This document shows, one piece after another, positions 21,497 through 33,630 of a DNA stretch of 64,000 nucleotides (its first letter is position 1; the number at the start of each line of letters is the position of its first letter). The DNA lies in contig CAVPGK010000017.1 of the NCBI GenBank assembly GCA_963703955.1, forward strand, positions 32,001-96,000, written 5' to 3'. The notes beneath the pieces are model-generated. The model saw only the letters and a program-made list of their open reading frames with translations, searched no databases and was not told the DNA's origin. Made by a program: the position numbers and the translations under genes. This stretch comes from Nitrospirota bacterium. Lineage in GTDB: Bacteria; Nitrospirota; Nitrospiria; Nitrospirales; Nitrospiraceae.

Positions 21497-22649
21497 GGTA
21501 ATACCTCCGTTCTAAGACAACAGGCCGCAAAACCCTCGACCCCCCCTTACCTTTCATCAAAGTTCTGACTTCACATGGGCTCGCCGCATCGCCACAGTTC
21601 AGGCGAGACCCCTGGCGGGCGGACGCAGAAGGAGACCACACGATCACCATTCCGATGATTACGATGGACCGTCAGCGCGTTCGCAGCACATCTCCGTTTC
21701 ACCTCTTGGCTACTTTTCTTCAACGTGGGGAGCGCAATTCCATTCGGTAAATTTGCCAATCGTTCTGACTTGTCCATTTTGATTCTCGCAGATAGCCGGC
21801 TGCTCATCCCTCATTTGGCGGCTCTTGGACCGTCCAGACTCACGGGTTCGGGAGTCGGGAGTTTGACTGACATTCGTCTTTTGTCTGCCTCTGGACGGAG
21901 GGTCGTGACCGCGCGCCTTCACCAAAACCTTGGCCGGCCAGGATCAATCCTTTCCGGCGAATCTCTTCGATGGAGATGGAAGGACGGTCTTTTGCTCGCG
22001 GCACGAGTTTCCCCTGTTCAGATTTGACCCTCCGCTTCGGTATGAGTCGTTTCTTTTGAGACCATCCTTTCCAAGCCATTTCAAAACCTCCCTCGGCCGC
22101 CAATAAATCTCTATTCCTCTCGTGCCTTCTTCAATAAAATAGGCGGACCATCCCCTCTACAGCCCTGATCAAATGCCAAGAAAACGGTGTCAACACTTAG
22201 ATTCTCTACCCGTGTATGGCGAATAAGTCGGTCTGGTAGATGGGTGTGAGCCCATGCGGCCCACGCCGGGAAATCGGCCTCCCGCACCTTCCCATTGTGC
22301 AAAATGTAATACCGCAGGCTACCCATACAGGAGGCTGCCTGTCCGTCAACGTGCCACGTTTCACGCAATTCGAGTTCCATCCACACTTGCCTGGCGTCGC
22401 GTCGTACCTTTCCATCCAACATTTCCCCACGTTCCGGCTTTCATTCTCCGTGGACTGTGCGCAGATCGAGCAAATGTGCGGTCCCAGAGTTTTTGATGTG
22501 TAGCACACCTCCAGATTTGCCGAGCTACCCTCACAGCAGGAGACCAGATCCATGTGGGTGTGGTCTTACGACGACCGGACGACTCGGCAGGTCACGCTGT
22601 CGCCTCCTTCGTGCCCAAAACGTGAGGACGAGGTCAGAATGTCAGCTTA

Positions 22650-22693
22650 ATTATGCCTATGAGAGGAATCGCCGTCTGGTCAAAATTGCTCAG
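22650..22693 (-). promoter_or_regulatory. Crp-type box B + -10 (CATAAT)
   Basis: CTGAGCAATTTTGACCAG, 20 nt, CATAAT. Confidence 0.8.
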
Positions 22694-22759
22694 TTTTGAA
22701 AAATGAGAGGGCAGGCAGCTTGGCAGTGTCCCCGCTCGACGCCAACAGCACCTATCGGA

Positions 22760-22891
22760 ATAGTCGTGCAGGACCTATTGAGGAGAGAGCTGTGAACTTG
22801 CAATCCGCCCTTATAGTGAATGAAGCCCAGCTTCCTGAACGTATTCATGAAGAAACTGACCCGTGACCGAGTGGTGCCGACCATTTCGGCC
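22760..22891 (-). pseudogene. 3' remnant of Crp/Fnr regulator gene
   Basis: AEMVGTTRSRVSFFMNTFRKLGFIHYKGGLQVHSSLL matches the C-terminus of 36140-36794. Confidence 0.85.
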
Positions 22892-22959
22892 ACACAGCAT
22901 CTGGGTTCCTGTGGCAGAGGACTAACAAAAACCAGCGTGAGGGACCTTTTTTGGAGCGG

Positions 22960-25900
22960 TCACTCTGTGTTCACTGGTGCGGCGTGTATTCTCACCTCGG
23001 CCCAGTGTTCCTGGCGGTCATCAATAAGGGGAATAGCCTGGTCGTGTTGGTCAACACCATCGACTATCACGCTCGTCTGGTTGTTCGCGGCGTCCGTTTG
23101 GAGGACGGTGATATGGTAAACCGTTTCCCGGTATCGGTAGTGTACCGTGAACGCCCTCCAATCCGCGGGGAGGCAGGGAGCGAAACGCAGTCTGTCTACT
23201 TCCAGCCGTAGCCCCAGGAGCGACTCCACGATAAGCCGGTACATCCAGCCGGCCGAGCCCGTGTACCACGTCCATCCACCGCGACCATTGTGGGGCGAGA
23301 GTGCATAGACGTCGGCCGCGACGACATATGGTTCTACTTTGTAGATCGCAATCCCCTCCAGAGATGTCGCATGATTCACCGGGTTGACCATGGCCAACAG
23401 CTCCCACGCGCGTCGGCTGTCTCCCAATGCGGCGAACGCCATGGTCGCCCAGATCGCCCCATGTGTGTACTGCCCGCCGTTTTCTCTCACGCCCGGGACG
23501 TATCCTTTGATATAGCCGGGATTCAGATCGGATTTGTCGAATGGCGGATCCAATAGTTGGATCAGCGAATGGGCCCGGCGAACGAGGCGCTTATCCACCG
23601 CATCCATGGCCATGCGGGAGCGGTCGACATCGCCCGCCACCGGAGAGAACCGACCAGCTTTGCGCAATCGAATCGATCTGGCATTCGGGATTACTCGCCG
23701 ACCCAAGTGGCGAGCCATCGTCAAAGTAGCCACGGCGATACCACTCTCCATCCCAGCCATGCTGCTCGATATTTTGGCGCACGTGAGCCGCCTCCCTCCG
23801 ACAACGTTCAGCGAAAGGCACGTCACCCCGCAGGCGTGCCACCTCAGCGAACTGCATGAGGACCTCATACAGGAAGAATCCCAACCAGACGCTTTCTCCC
23901 TTACCGTGTTCGCCGACCATGTTCATGCCGTCGTTCCAGTCACCGGAACCAATGAGTGGGCAGACCGTGCTCCCCACGTGTGAGGCCTCTCAGAATGGCT
24001 CGCACACAGTGTTCGTACAAACTGGCCGCCGCCTCAGACCGGCCTGGCAGATCGTAGTATGAGTCCTCCTCCATGTTGACCGGCCGGCCTTCGACGAAGT
24101 GGATGGGTTCATCCAACACCCCGGTGTCCCCGGTGCTCAGAACGTAGCGGCATGTCGCCAGGGGTAGCCAGAGGTAGTCATCCGAACAGTGCGTACGCAC
24201 GCCCCGACCTGAAGGCGGATGCCACCAGTGCTGGACATCTCCCTCCTGGAACTGACGGGCCGCGCAGAGCAGCAGGTGCTCGCGCACAAGATGCGGCTCG
24301 GTATGGATGAGCGCCATCACGTCCTGCAACTGATCGCGGAACCCGAAGGCGCCCCCTGATTGGTAGTATCCGCTCCGCGCCCAAAGACGGCACGCCAGCG
24401 TCTGGTACAAGAGCCAGCCGTTGGTCAGCACGTTGAGCGACTGGTCTGGCGTTTCCACCTGCACGGCGCCGAGCGTGTGCTTCCAGTACTGCCACACCGC
24501 TTCGAGCGCGCCACGCGCGGCAGCAGATCCACGGAAGCGATGCACCAGATTGCTGGCCTCATCGACGTTTCGCCCGACGCCGAGCCTGAAGATGATCTCG
24601 CGCTCCTGTCCGTCGGCCAGGTCGAAGGGAACCTGGATCGCGGCGCAGGGATCCAGAGCGGCCCCCACCTTGCCGGAAAGCCGCGACCGATTCATCGCAG
24701 CCGGACTTCGAAGCGTGCCGTTGCGCCCGATAAATTCAGTCCGGTCGCCACTCACGGTCCGAGTCGTATCGTCCACGTCGAAGAAGGCAATCCGACCGGC
24801 GAACTCGGTGTTGTAGGGATTGCGCGCGAAGAGCGCGCCGCTGTTGGGGTCAATTTCGGTGATCACGTGCATGGCCGATTTCGGCCGCAGATCTCCCAGC
24901 ACCCATTCGACGTAGCCCGTCGCGGACAGCCTGCGCGATCGGCCTGACTCGTTGCGCACTTTCAGCACCATGAACTTGATCGGTGCATCCAGGGCCACGT
25001 ACACCCACAGCTCTGAGCGAATGCCGCGCTCCGTGTGCTCGAAGACGCTGTAGCCGAAGCCGTGCCGGCTGACGTAGGCATCGCTCCGCGGCTGGGCAGC
25101 GGCGTGGGCGACCAGAAGTGGCCGCTCTCTTCGTCGCGGATGTAGAAGGCTTCTCCGCTCGAATCGCTCACCGGGTCGTTGTGCCAGGGAGTGAGACGGA
25201 ATTCGTGGGCGTTCTCGCTCCAGGTGTAGGCCTGGCCGTTCTCCGAGATGACGGTTCCAAAGTGCGGATTCGCCAGCACATTCACCCACGGTGCCGGCGT
25301 CACTTGCCCGCGCGCGGTCGTGATGACGTACTCGCGCCCGTCAGGCGTGAATCCTCCCAGTCCGTTGAAGAAGATCAGATCGTGGCGCGGCAACGCGGCG
25401 GATGGCGAAGGTTCGGCGCGGCGGGTGCGGGTTGACGTAAGGCGCGGCACGGTGACTTCCACCTGGCCGCGACGGGTGATCTGTTCCGCCAGCGTTCCCC
25501 GCCTGTCGGTGATGATGGCGCGCGCGACCGATTGGAGCAGAATGCGGTCCTCGTTCGATATCTGCTCCGCAGGACGCACGAAGATGCCGCCGGGTCGATC
25601 CATCACATGCGCTTCGACGCCCGCGGCAATCAGCCCCATGATTTGTTCCTGGAGCAGTTGCCGGTAACCGGCGTGATCTTCGTTCCAGATCACCAGGTCC
25701 ACGGCCAGCCCCTTCGAGCGCCAGTACGCGTGGGCCTGCACGAGTTGGCGTACCAGATCGATATTGGCCGGGTCTCCAATCTGCAGCAGCACGATCGGCA
25801 GATCGCCGGAGATGGCGTAGCCCCATAGACCGGATTGCCCGCGGCGGTTCTTGATGAGGACGCCCGGGTCGGCGCGCAGGGAGGAATTGGCGTAGATGAC

Positions 25901-28900
25901 GGAGCTGGCCAGGCGTCCATAGAGTTGCGCGTCGGCCTCGGTGGCATTGAGCTGCCGCAGGACCACCTGGCTGTGGGTCCATGCCAGATCGAAGACGCGA
26001 TCGGCGAGACGCCGATCCTGGTATTTCTCGACCAGGCCCAGGCAGACGTCGCGGGTTTCGCCGATGCCGGACACCATATCGATCGTGGCCGATTCTTCCG
26101 GATCGAGCGTGATCCGATATCGGATCGCGACAATCGGATCCAGCACCGAGCCCTGGCTGCCCGAGAGCGCCGCGGAATCGCTCATCGCTTGTGGCGCAGC
26201 GACGGTGTTTCCACGGCCGATGAACTGCATGCGGTCCGTCTCATAGGAAATCTCTCCGATGTCCGCCCCGTGCACGGCCATCAGGTGAAACATCCATGGC
26301 GTCTGCTCGTCGAGGGAGCGCGGGCCGGCGAGTGCAGAGGATCGCCTGCCGCTCCGCGGATGATCTCGGTCTGAACAAAGAGATTGCTGAACGCCGGATG
26401 CAGCGCGTCCGCGGCAGACGAGGTCGAGAACGACTTCCGCGTAACTCGTGACGTCGATCGTTCTGCGTGTCCGAGAGCCGTTGGTGATGCGGATTCGGCG
26501 CAGTTCGATGTCATCTTCCGGCGAAACAACGATCTCCGTATGCGTATCGAAATCGTGGTCGCGGCGGCGAAACTCAGCCCGTCCCTCAGAAAAAATGACT
26601 TCGTAATTCTTCGATGGCTTCAGGGTCGGCTGATAGGCGGTCGACCAGAACTCCCCGCTCGTCACGTCGCGGATGTAACAGAACGTGCCCCAGTTGTCGC
26701 AGGTACTGTCTTCGCGCCAGCGCGTGACTGCGATGTCCTTCCAGCGACTGTACCCGCCTCCCGCGTTCGTGATCATCACGTGGTATCTGCCGTTCGACAA
26801 CAACTGCACTTCCGGAATCGGAGTGTTCGGGCTGCTGAACACGCGCACCGGTGTCTCCGCATCCACTGGAAGTCGTCCGTACGTCGGAAAGCTCGGCGGT
26901 GTGCGAATAGAACGCCGTGGCCTTTGGAATCCGCTCCTGGAGCAACAGCGTGGTCGCCTGAAACAACGGATCCGACTCAAATCGTTTCTGCATCGGACGG
27001 TCCAGGATCAGATAGGCCAGAGAAAGGAGGCTCATGCCCTCGTGATGCGCCATGAAGGACCGAACCACCGCGCTCGATTGTCCCCGTGGGAGACGGGAAG
27101 GAGTGTAGTCGATGGCTTCATAGAAGCCGAACTGTCCTTCAACCCCTTCAGCCGCGAGTCGCTGCAGGTTCAGACACGCCTCCTCGGGCGCCACCATCAG
27201 GGCGAGCGCCGAGGCATACGGCGCAATGACCAAATCCTCGGCAAGCCCGCGTTTGAGTCCCAGGCCGGGCACGCCAAATGCGCGGTACTGGTAGTTAAGA
27301 TGAACGTCGATCGTGTTGTAGCCGGATTCCGACATGCCCCATGGGACGTCCGCGCTGCCTTCCATACTCGATCTGTCTCTCCACCGCCGCCTTGTAGGTC
27401 TGGTCGAGCAGCGTGTTGTCGTAGGTCGGCATCACCAGCAGCGGCATGAGGTACTCGAACATCGAACCGCTCCACGAGAGGAGAACCGGCCCACCACCGG
27501 CGGTCGTGAGCAGGCGCCCCAGGGCAAACCAGCTGCTCCTGCGGCAGTTGTCCCTGCGCAATCGCCACGAAACTGCACAATCTCGCTTCCGACGCCAGCA
27601 GATCGTAGTAACTCGAGTCCCGCCGGCGCTCACCGACGTTGTACCCGATAGCCAGCAGATGACATCGCCTTGTCGAACAGGAAGTCATACTCCATGCTGG
27701 CGAAGTTGACTTGATTGCAGTGCAAGTCCTTCGACGGCCGCAATCCTTTCTCTGGCGCGTTGGCTTGCCTTCGCAATGAGCCGTTGAAGGCCATCAACCC
27801 ACTCGCTCTCCTCGTGCGTCACCTCCGAGCGCAACCGATGTTCGATTGCCGGCAGACACTCCGCGTCAAGTCTTGCCAATTCGCGCAGCGTTGGGATCTC
27901 GTCGATGTCGGGAAATTCGCTGAGCCTATTCGGTGAGGCCGACAGCAATGTCCACGGAGCGAGAAACATCAGCTCATCGAGGGCGTCACGGCATTGCCGG
28001 GCAAGCGCGCGCGCCCACCAGGTGGCTTGGCTCTCGGGGTCGGCCTTAAGGCCAGCGAGCACCTCCTCGGCGGTCGTCGCCAGCCGGTCAAGGCAGAGCC
28101 GCGCCGCCGTGAGCGTGGTTGGCCGGGAATCGTAGACAGACTCCAGATGCTTCTGAAATTGAACGAGCTGGGCCGGAGCGGCTTCTCCCGCAGCGTCCAC
28201 GAGGACCCTGAGTGTGTCGCTGAGCCCGTCAAAGAATCGCGACCCCAGGATCTTCTGATCGGGAAGTGCGAGCAGACCCGGCCGCAATGTCAGCAGATGG
28301 CCCGCAAGGTTTCCGCTGTCCACCGTCGAAATGTAGGTAGGGAGCAGCGGTTTCAGAGACTGCGTGTCGTACCAGTTGTAGAAGTGGCCTCGGTGCCGTT
28401 CCAACGTTTCCATCGTGTGGAGTGCATTCGCCGTGCGCTCGATGAGTTGTCCGGCCGAAATGTAGCCGAAGTCGTACGCGGACAGATTCGCGAGCAGCGC
28501 AAGTCCCATGTTGGTCGGCGACGTGCGATGCGCGACCACGGCAACGGGATGCTCCTGATAGTTATCAGGCGGCAGCCAATGATCTTCCGGACCGACGAAC
28601 GTCTCGAAGAACGCCCAGGTCTTTCGGGAAAGCTTCCGGAGAAAGATGGTCTGGTCAGCCGTCAGCCTTGCTGCGCGCCGAGCGAGCGGCCGGCTGATCC
28701 ACCACGCGATAGCGGGGGAGGCAAACCAGAGACCCAGTATGGGCACAGCCACAGCTAACGCGACCGGCTCAGAAAGCGTCAGATAGATCACCGCGGCAGT
28801 GGCAAGCACGGGGGCGATCCACATCGTTCGATAGAAGGCGACGAGGTCTGTGCGGCGATCGCGATCCGGGTCGCCCGACGGATTCCATTCGAGAAGTCGT

Positions 28901-31699
28901 GTGTGGGTGACCAGCATCCGCCAGGCCGTGCGCACGATCGCATCCAGACTGAAGAACGCCTCGTAGGGAAGGCACACGAGCGTAAACACCGCCTGAGCGA
29001 CGTGCCGGCCAGCCGAGCGTACTGCGGCGGCGAGATGCTGACCCAGCAGCACATCGTCCGGCTTCTGAAACAGATCCAGAATAGAGGCAATCAAAGGAGG
29101 AATCAGGATGATTCCGATCACCGACAAGGTCCAAAACCAGGGCGGTGACAAGACCGTCCAGCCCAGCAGCAACAGGAGTGTCAACGCCGAAGGCACGAGA
29201 CTGCGCCGAAGGTTGTCGAAGAGCTTCCATCGGGACAGTCCAGAGAGCGGATTCTTCTGACGACGCCCGCCAGGGCCGGGAACGCGCGGCAGCAGCCACC
29301 GCGCAAGCTGCCAATCCCCGCGAATCCAGCGGTGCCGGCGGCTCACGTCCGCGCTGTAGCGAGACGGATACTCCTCGTACAACTGCACATCGCTCAACAG
29401 CCCCGCCCGCGCGTAGCACCCTTCCAGAAGATCGTGGCTGAGGATCCGGTTCTCGGGAAAACGCCCGTTGAGTGCCCGCTCGAACGCATCGACATCATAG
29501 ATGCCCTTGCCGATGAACGAGCCTTCACCGAACAGGTCCTGGTACACATCGGAGACGGCGCGCGTATAGGGGTCGATGCCCGGCTCACTCCCGTACAGTC
29601 GCGCATACCGCGACCGGTTCGTGCCTGGCAGGCTCACGGCCACGCGTGGCTGAAGGATGCCGTATCCCTCACAGACACGTTGCTTGTCTTCGTCGTACCG
29701 CGCACGATTCAGCGGGTGCGCCATGGCTCCCACAAACTGCCACGCCGAATCGCGCGGGAGTTGCGTATCCGTGTCGAGGGTGATCACGTACTTCACGGTC
29801 GACAACACGGCCGTTTCACCGACGACGAGTGAGAAGCGATCCCGTGAGCCGCCGCGCAGAAGCTAATTCAATTCCGCAAGCTTTCCTCGCTTCCGCTCGT
29901 AACCCATCCACATCCGCTCCCGAGGATTCCATCGGCGCGGGCGATGAAACAGAAAGAACGTATCGCGTTTCGCATCGTTGTACTTTTCATTCAGCTCTTC
30001 GATCCTCTTCTGGGCCAGCCGCAACAGCGGTTCGTCCTCCGGAAGCGTTTCCTCGTGCGCGTCTCGAAAATCAGTCAACAGGCCGAAGTGCAGGTTGTCG
30101 TCCCGATTGGCCAGGAACCGGACTTCGAGCGCTTCGATCAGATCCTCGATGTTCTGAGTGCTGACGAGCATAGTCGGGACCACGACCAGCGTGCGCGATT
30201 CCGGCGGAATTCCTTCGGAGAAGTCCATTCGCGGCAGCGGATGCGGCGTCACCAGCAATGTCGCCAGCCAGTTCACCAGCGCGACCGCCAGATGACTTGT
30301 ACAGAGCAGCGAAAGGATACCGATCAGCGCGAGCAACCAACCATACACATCCTCGGCATACGCCTTTGCCAGCAAGCTCCCGGTGAGGATCACCGTCAGC
30401 AAGCGTGATCGTGCCGAGATAGAGGAGCAAAGGAAACCGGCCGCTCATTCTCTGAAGAGCCTCAGAGGTGGAGAGGCGCACCTCCGCCGTTCGTTCGAGC
30501 TGCGGCAATCCCTTGTCGATCAGGTAGAAGCCGACATGTGCCGCTCGATCGTCGCCGCCTTTCCTGGCCGCGCCCTCGTGCGCCAGCTGGATCGCGGTGC
30601 GCGCCACTTCGCCTTCGGAGAGCCGGCTGCTCTTCGCGATCTTCTCCACCACGTGACGGTAGCGATCACGGGTGGCAAAATCCATCTTGCCGTAGACTCC
30701 ACCGGGATCCTCACGCAGTGTCTGCTCGACAACGCTCATCGTCTCGACGAACTCGCGCCAGTCCATCGCCCCCAGAAATCGGAGACTGCCGATGCTGTTG
30801 CTGATGGAGACCTGGTCGGCGGCCTGCTGTTGGTTCTCCGACTGCACCAACTGCTCAATCGTCAGGCCGGACTCGGAGAGCCGCTGCTCGATCCAGGTGA
30901 GCGGCAATGCCAACGCGGGGCTCTGTCCCTGCAACCGGCGCGCAAATTCCGCAACAAACGAACTCACCATCGGCGGGTTCGACCGCGCCATGTCCGCGAT
31001 CACCAGAATCAGGCTCTTCGGGTCCTTCTCGGCGATCTCCGTCATCTGGTCCGCCCAGTAGTCGGCGCGGTTTCGGTCGATCCTGTCGGCGGCAATCCGC
31101 GCTCCAACGCGCCGGAGATTCTCGATCAGCGCCAGGCGCAGCATGATCGGGATGGCCCACAATTCGCCTAACTTCAGGGCGGTGACTGTCTGGTAGGCTG
31201 CGACGAAACTGCTGAGACTTTCCGGATCCACCCGTCCATCGCCGTGCGAGATCGTCTCCAGCGCGATGTCATACACGCGCGGAAGCCCGGCCGATGGGCC
31301 ATTCAGCAAGCGAGGCAGTTCCCGGCTGTAACCCTTCGGCAAGTGCCTCTTGGCCGTGCGAATCTGCTCTTCGATCAGATAGAAGTTATCGAGCAGCCAT
31401 TCCCCGGCCGGCGTAATCCGGCGGTTCGCCTTGACCGCCTCCGTCAGCAGATTGCGGACTCCGATCAGGACGCTTTCATTCTCAGCCAGCCGCGCCAGAA
31501 GCTGGTCCGGAGCTCGTCCCGGACTCAACGTGTGCAAGCCCGCCAGGGTCTTGCCATGCTGCTCCATCTGGTCGGCGCTGAACAGTTCCGATCGCAGCGG
31601 TGGCTCGTCGACGGCGTACTGTTCTGCCAGGCCGTTTCCGAGGAGACTCTCCCTCAAACGGAGCACGTTCCCGAGAATGAGCTTGCTGCTGACCTTCAC
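22960..31699 (-). CDS. ndvB: Cyclic beta-1,2-glucan synthase (GT84 + GH94 domains), multiple frameshifts
   Basis: EWLLDNFY, WMGYERKRGK, ITLDTDT, SHDLLEG, RWIRGDWQ, WSGSMFEYLMP, QSGGAFGFRDQLQD, GDWNDG, RENGGQYTH, WYTGSAGW in order across frames. Confidence 0.93.
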
Positions 31700-32041
31700 G
31701 TGTGAGGTCTCTTTCTTAGAGGTCTCGCGAACCAGCTCGCAACCAGGGTGGCGGCTTCGGATTGCCCCTCTTCGGCGCTTCTTGCTTAGAGCAACCGTTG
31801 CGAAACAGAAGATCGAGCGCTGGCGAGTAGACTGGAATGAGCAGCGGCTGCACCGCTCCCTTGGACAGTTGATCCTGGCGAAACTTGCTCAGCGACAGAT
31901 TCAAACCAGACCGTAGGAAGCCCAGAATTTCTCGTTCGCCGCAGCCCGGTATGAGCGGAGGTCTCAACAATGTGCCTGACTTATCGGAGGTGTGATACAA
32001 GGCTTAACTATATCAGTCCAGTCGCGCAAAATCTTAGGTCA

Positions 32042-32086
32042 AATCTATCCAACTAGACGGATGGCAGTCTAGTCAAATTTGCTCAG
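32042..32086 (-). promoter_or_regulatory. Crp-type box C + -10 (TAGATT) upstream of glucan synthase
   Basis: CTGAGCAAATTTGACTAG, 21 nt, TAGATT. Confidence 0.7.
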
Positions 32087-32286
32087 TTGTGAAGAATTGA
32101 TACGCTTCAGCGTGACGGCGGCTTGCTCGAAATCAACCGTACCGAATCAAGATCATCCCTCAAGCGACGTACGACAAGATCAAAGATCAGATCATTGCCA
32201 AGCAGAAATGACGAAGGTCATCTGTCTATTGATGAAACAGGGCGGTGGCCCTGCTGTTGCTCGAAGCGACGCGGGAATGTGACGCC

Positions 32287-33141
32287 TCAACGGTGAGCCC
32301 GGCGCGAGCCGTACTCATGGGCATAGACATAGGTGAACTCCGCTCCTAAAAAGAAAATTAAGGCCGAATAGTACACCCATACCAAGATGGCCATCAGTGA
32401 AGAGGCGGCGCCGTACATCGATGCCATGGCCGCGCCTCCAAGATAGAGCCCGATCGCCCACTTGCCGATCGTGAAGAGCGTGGCGGTGGCAATCGCACCG
32501 ATCCAGACGTCCCGCCAGGCGATATACCCTTCCGGAAGCATCTTGAACATGAGCGCGAAGAGCAAGGTGATCCCGATCGGCGAACCCGCGAGATCTACGA
32601 TTGTCATGATGAGCTGAGGCCATGGTATGGTCCGGTGGATGAATTTCCCCACGGCAGCCAAAACGGCGCTCATGATCAGGGACACCAGGAGAAGAAACCC
32701 CGTGCCGATCACGAGAATAAACGACAACAATCGTGTCCTGAGCGCTCCCCAAAGAACGGCACTTCTCTTTCCCGGGATCCGCCAAATGAAGTTCAACGCA
32801 TCCTGAAGTTCACTGAACATTCCCATGGAGACGACGAGCAGGGTGACCAGACTGACGAGCATCGCGATGGTCCCGTGCGCGGGGTGACCAGCGCTGTGCA
32901 GCATGTTCGCCATGGCTTCGGCCCCGGGTTTCCCGATTAGGCCTTCGAACTGACCAAGCAGTTCCCCTTGCACGGCATCCTCATCAGCGACGACAGCCGC
33001 GATGGCGACGGCAATCGTCAAAAGGGGAGCGAGGGAGAAGAGTGTGTAGTAGGACAAGGCGGCGCTCAACCGCCACGGATTGTCGCCCCACCACTTCGTG
33101 GCGGTATCCCTGAGCAACCTCATGACCCTGTCGATCTTCAT
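32287..33141 (-). CDS. YihY/virulence factor BrkB family membrane protein
   Basis: AALSYYTLFSLAPL, LQDALN.IW, YGAA.SL...L.WVYYSA.I...GAE. Confidence 0.92.
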   Translation of the reverse strand: MKIDRVMRLLRDTATKWWGDNPWRLSAALSYYTLFSLAPLLTIAVAIAAVVADEDAVQGELLGQFEGLIGKPGAEAMANMLHSAGHPAHGTIAMLVSLVTLLVVSMGMFSELQDALNFIWRIPGKRSAVLWGALRTRLLSFILVIGTGFLLLVSLIMSAVLAAVGKFIHRTIPWPQLIMTIVDLAGSPIGITLLFALMFKMLPEGYIAWRDVWIGAIATATLFTIGKWAIGLYLGGAAMASMYGAASSLMAILVWVYYSALIFFLGAEFTYVYAHEYGSRRAHR

Positions 33142-33399
33142 ATTCCAATCGTTCTCGGCGTCTCGCGCAGCTCGATGACCTCATCCCCAGCCATCCCTTA
33201 ATGGCCGCCGAAATGGAGCCGCCGAGCATCTCAACGTTCAGGATTCTGTTGATTCGGGTGGGGGCCGAGGCCAGATGGCGAAATAAGCGGTCGCGAAGTC
33301 CGGCCCTTCAATCGTCACCCTTCGTCGCCCTTGGTGTTCTCAAGGCGACTCAGTGTCTTTGGTGTTGCAATGCCGTGCGTAAGGAGGTCGCGAGACCGA

Positions 33400-33510
33400 T
33401 ATGAGCGGGAACTGCGAACGTGCAATCCGCCGTTGTCGTCAATGAAGCCCAGCTTCCCGAACTTATTCAGGAAGAAACTGACGCGGGAGCGCGTGGTGCC
33501 GACCATTTTC
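33400..33510 (-). pseudogene. Second 3' remnant of Crp/Fnr regulator gene
   Basis: MVGTTRSRVSFFLNKFGKLGFIDDNGGLHV. Confidence 0.85.
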
Positions 33511-33630
33511 AGTTTTCGGGAGGATCTGGTTGGACGTCATCACGAGACATTCTGCCCGCTACGGTGGAAGAGATCTCTTAGTTACGGCTGAGACGCCAAG
33601 TCAGGTTCGCGCCCTGACGGTCCTGAACCA

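Noticed and set aside
22960..31699. Programmed frameshifting or split genes in glucan synthase
   Set aside because: Indels are scattered without a common slippery motif; error or decay is simpler
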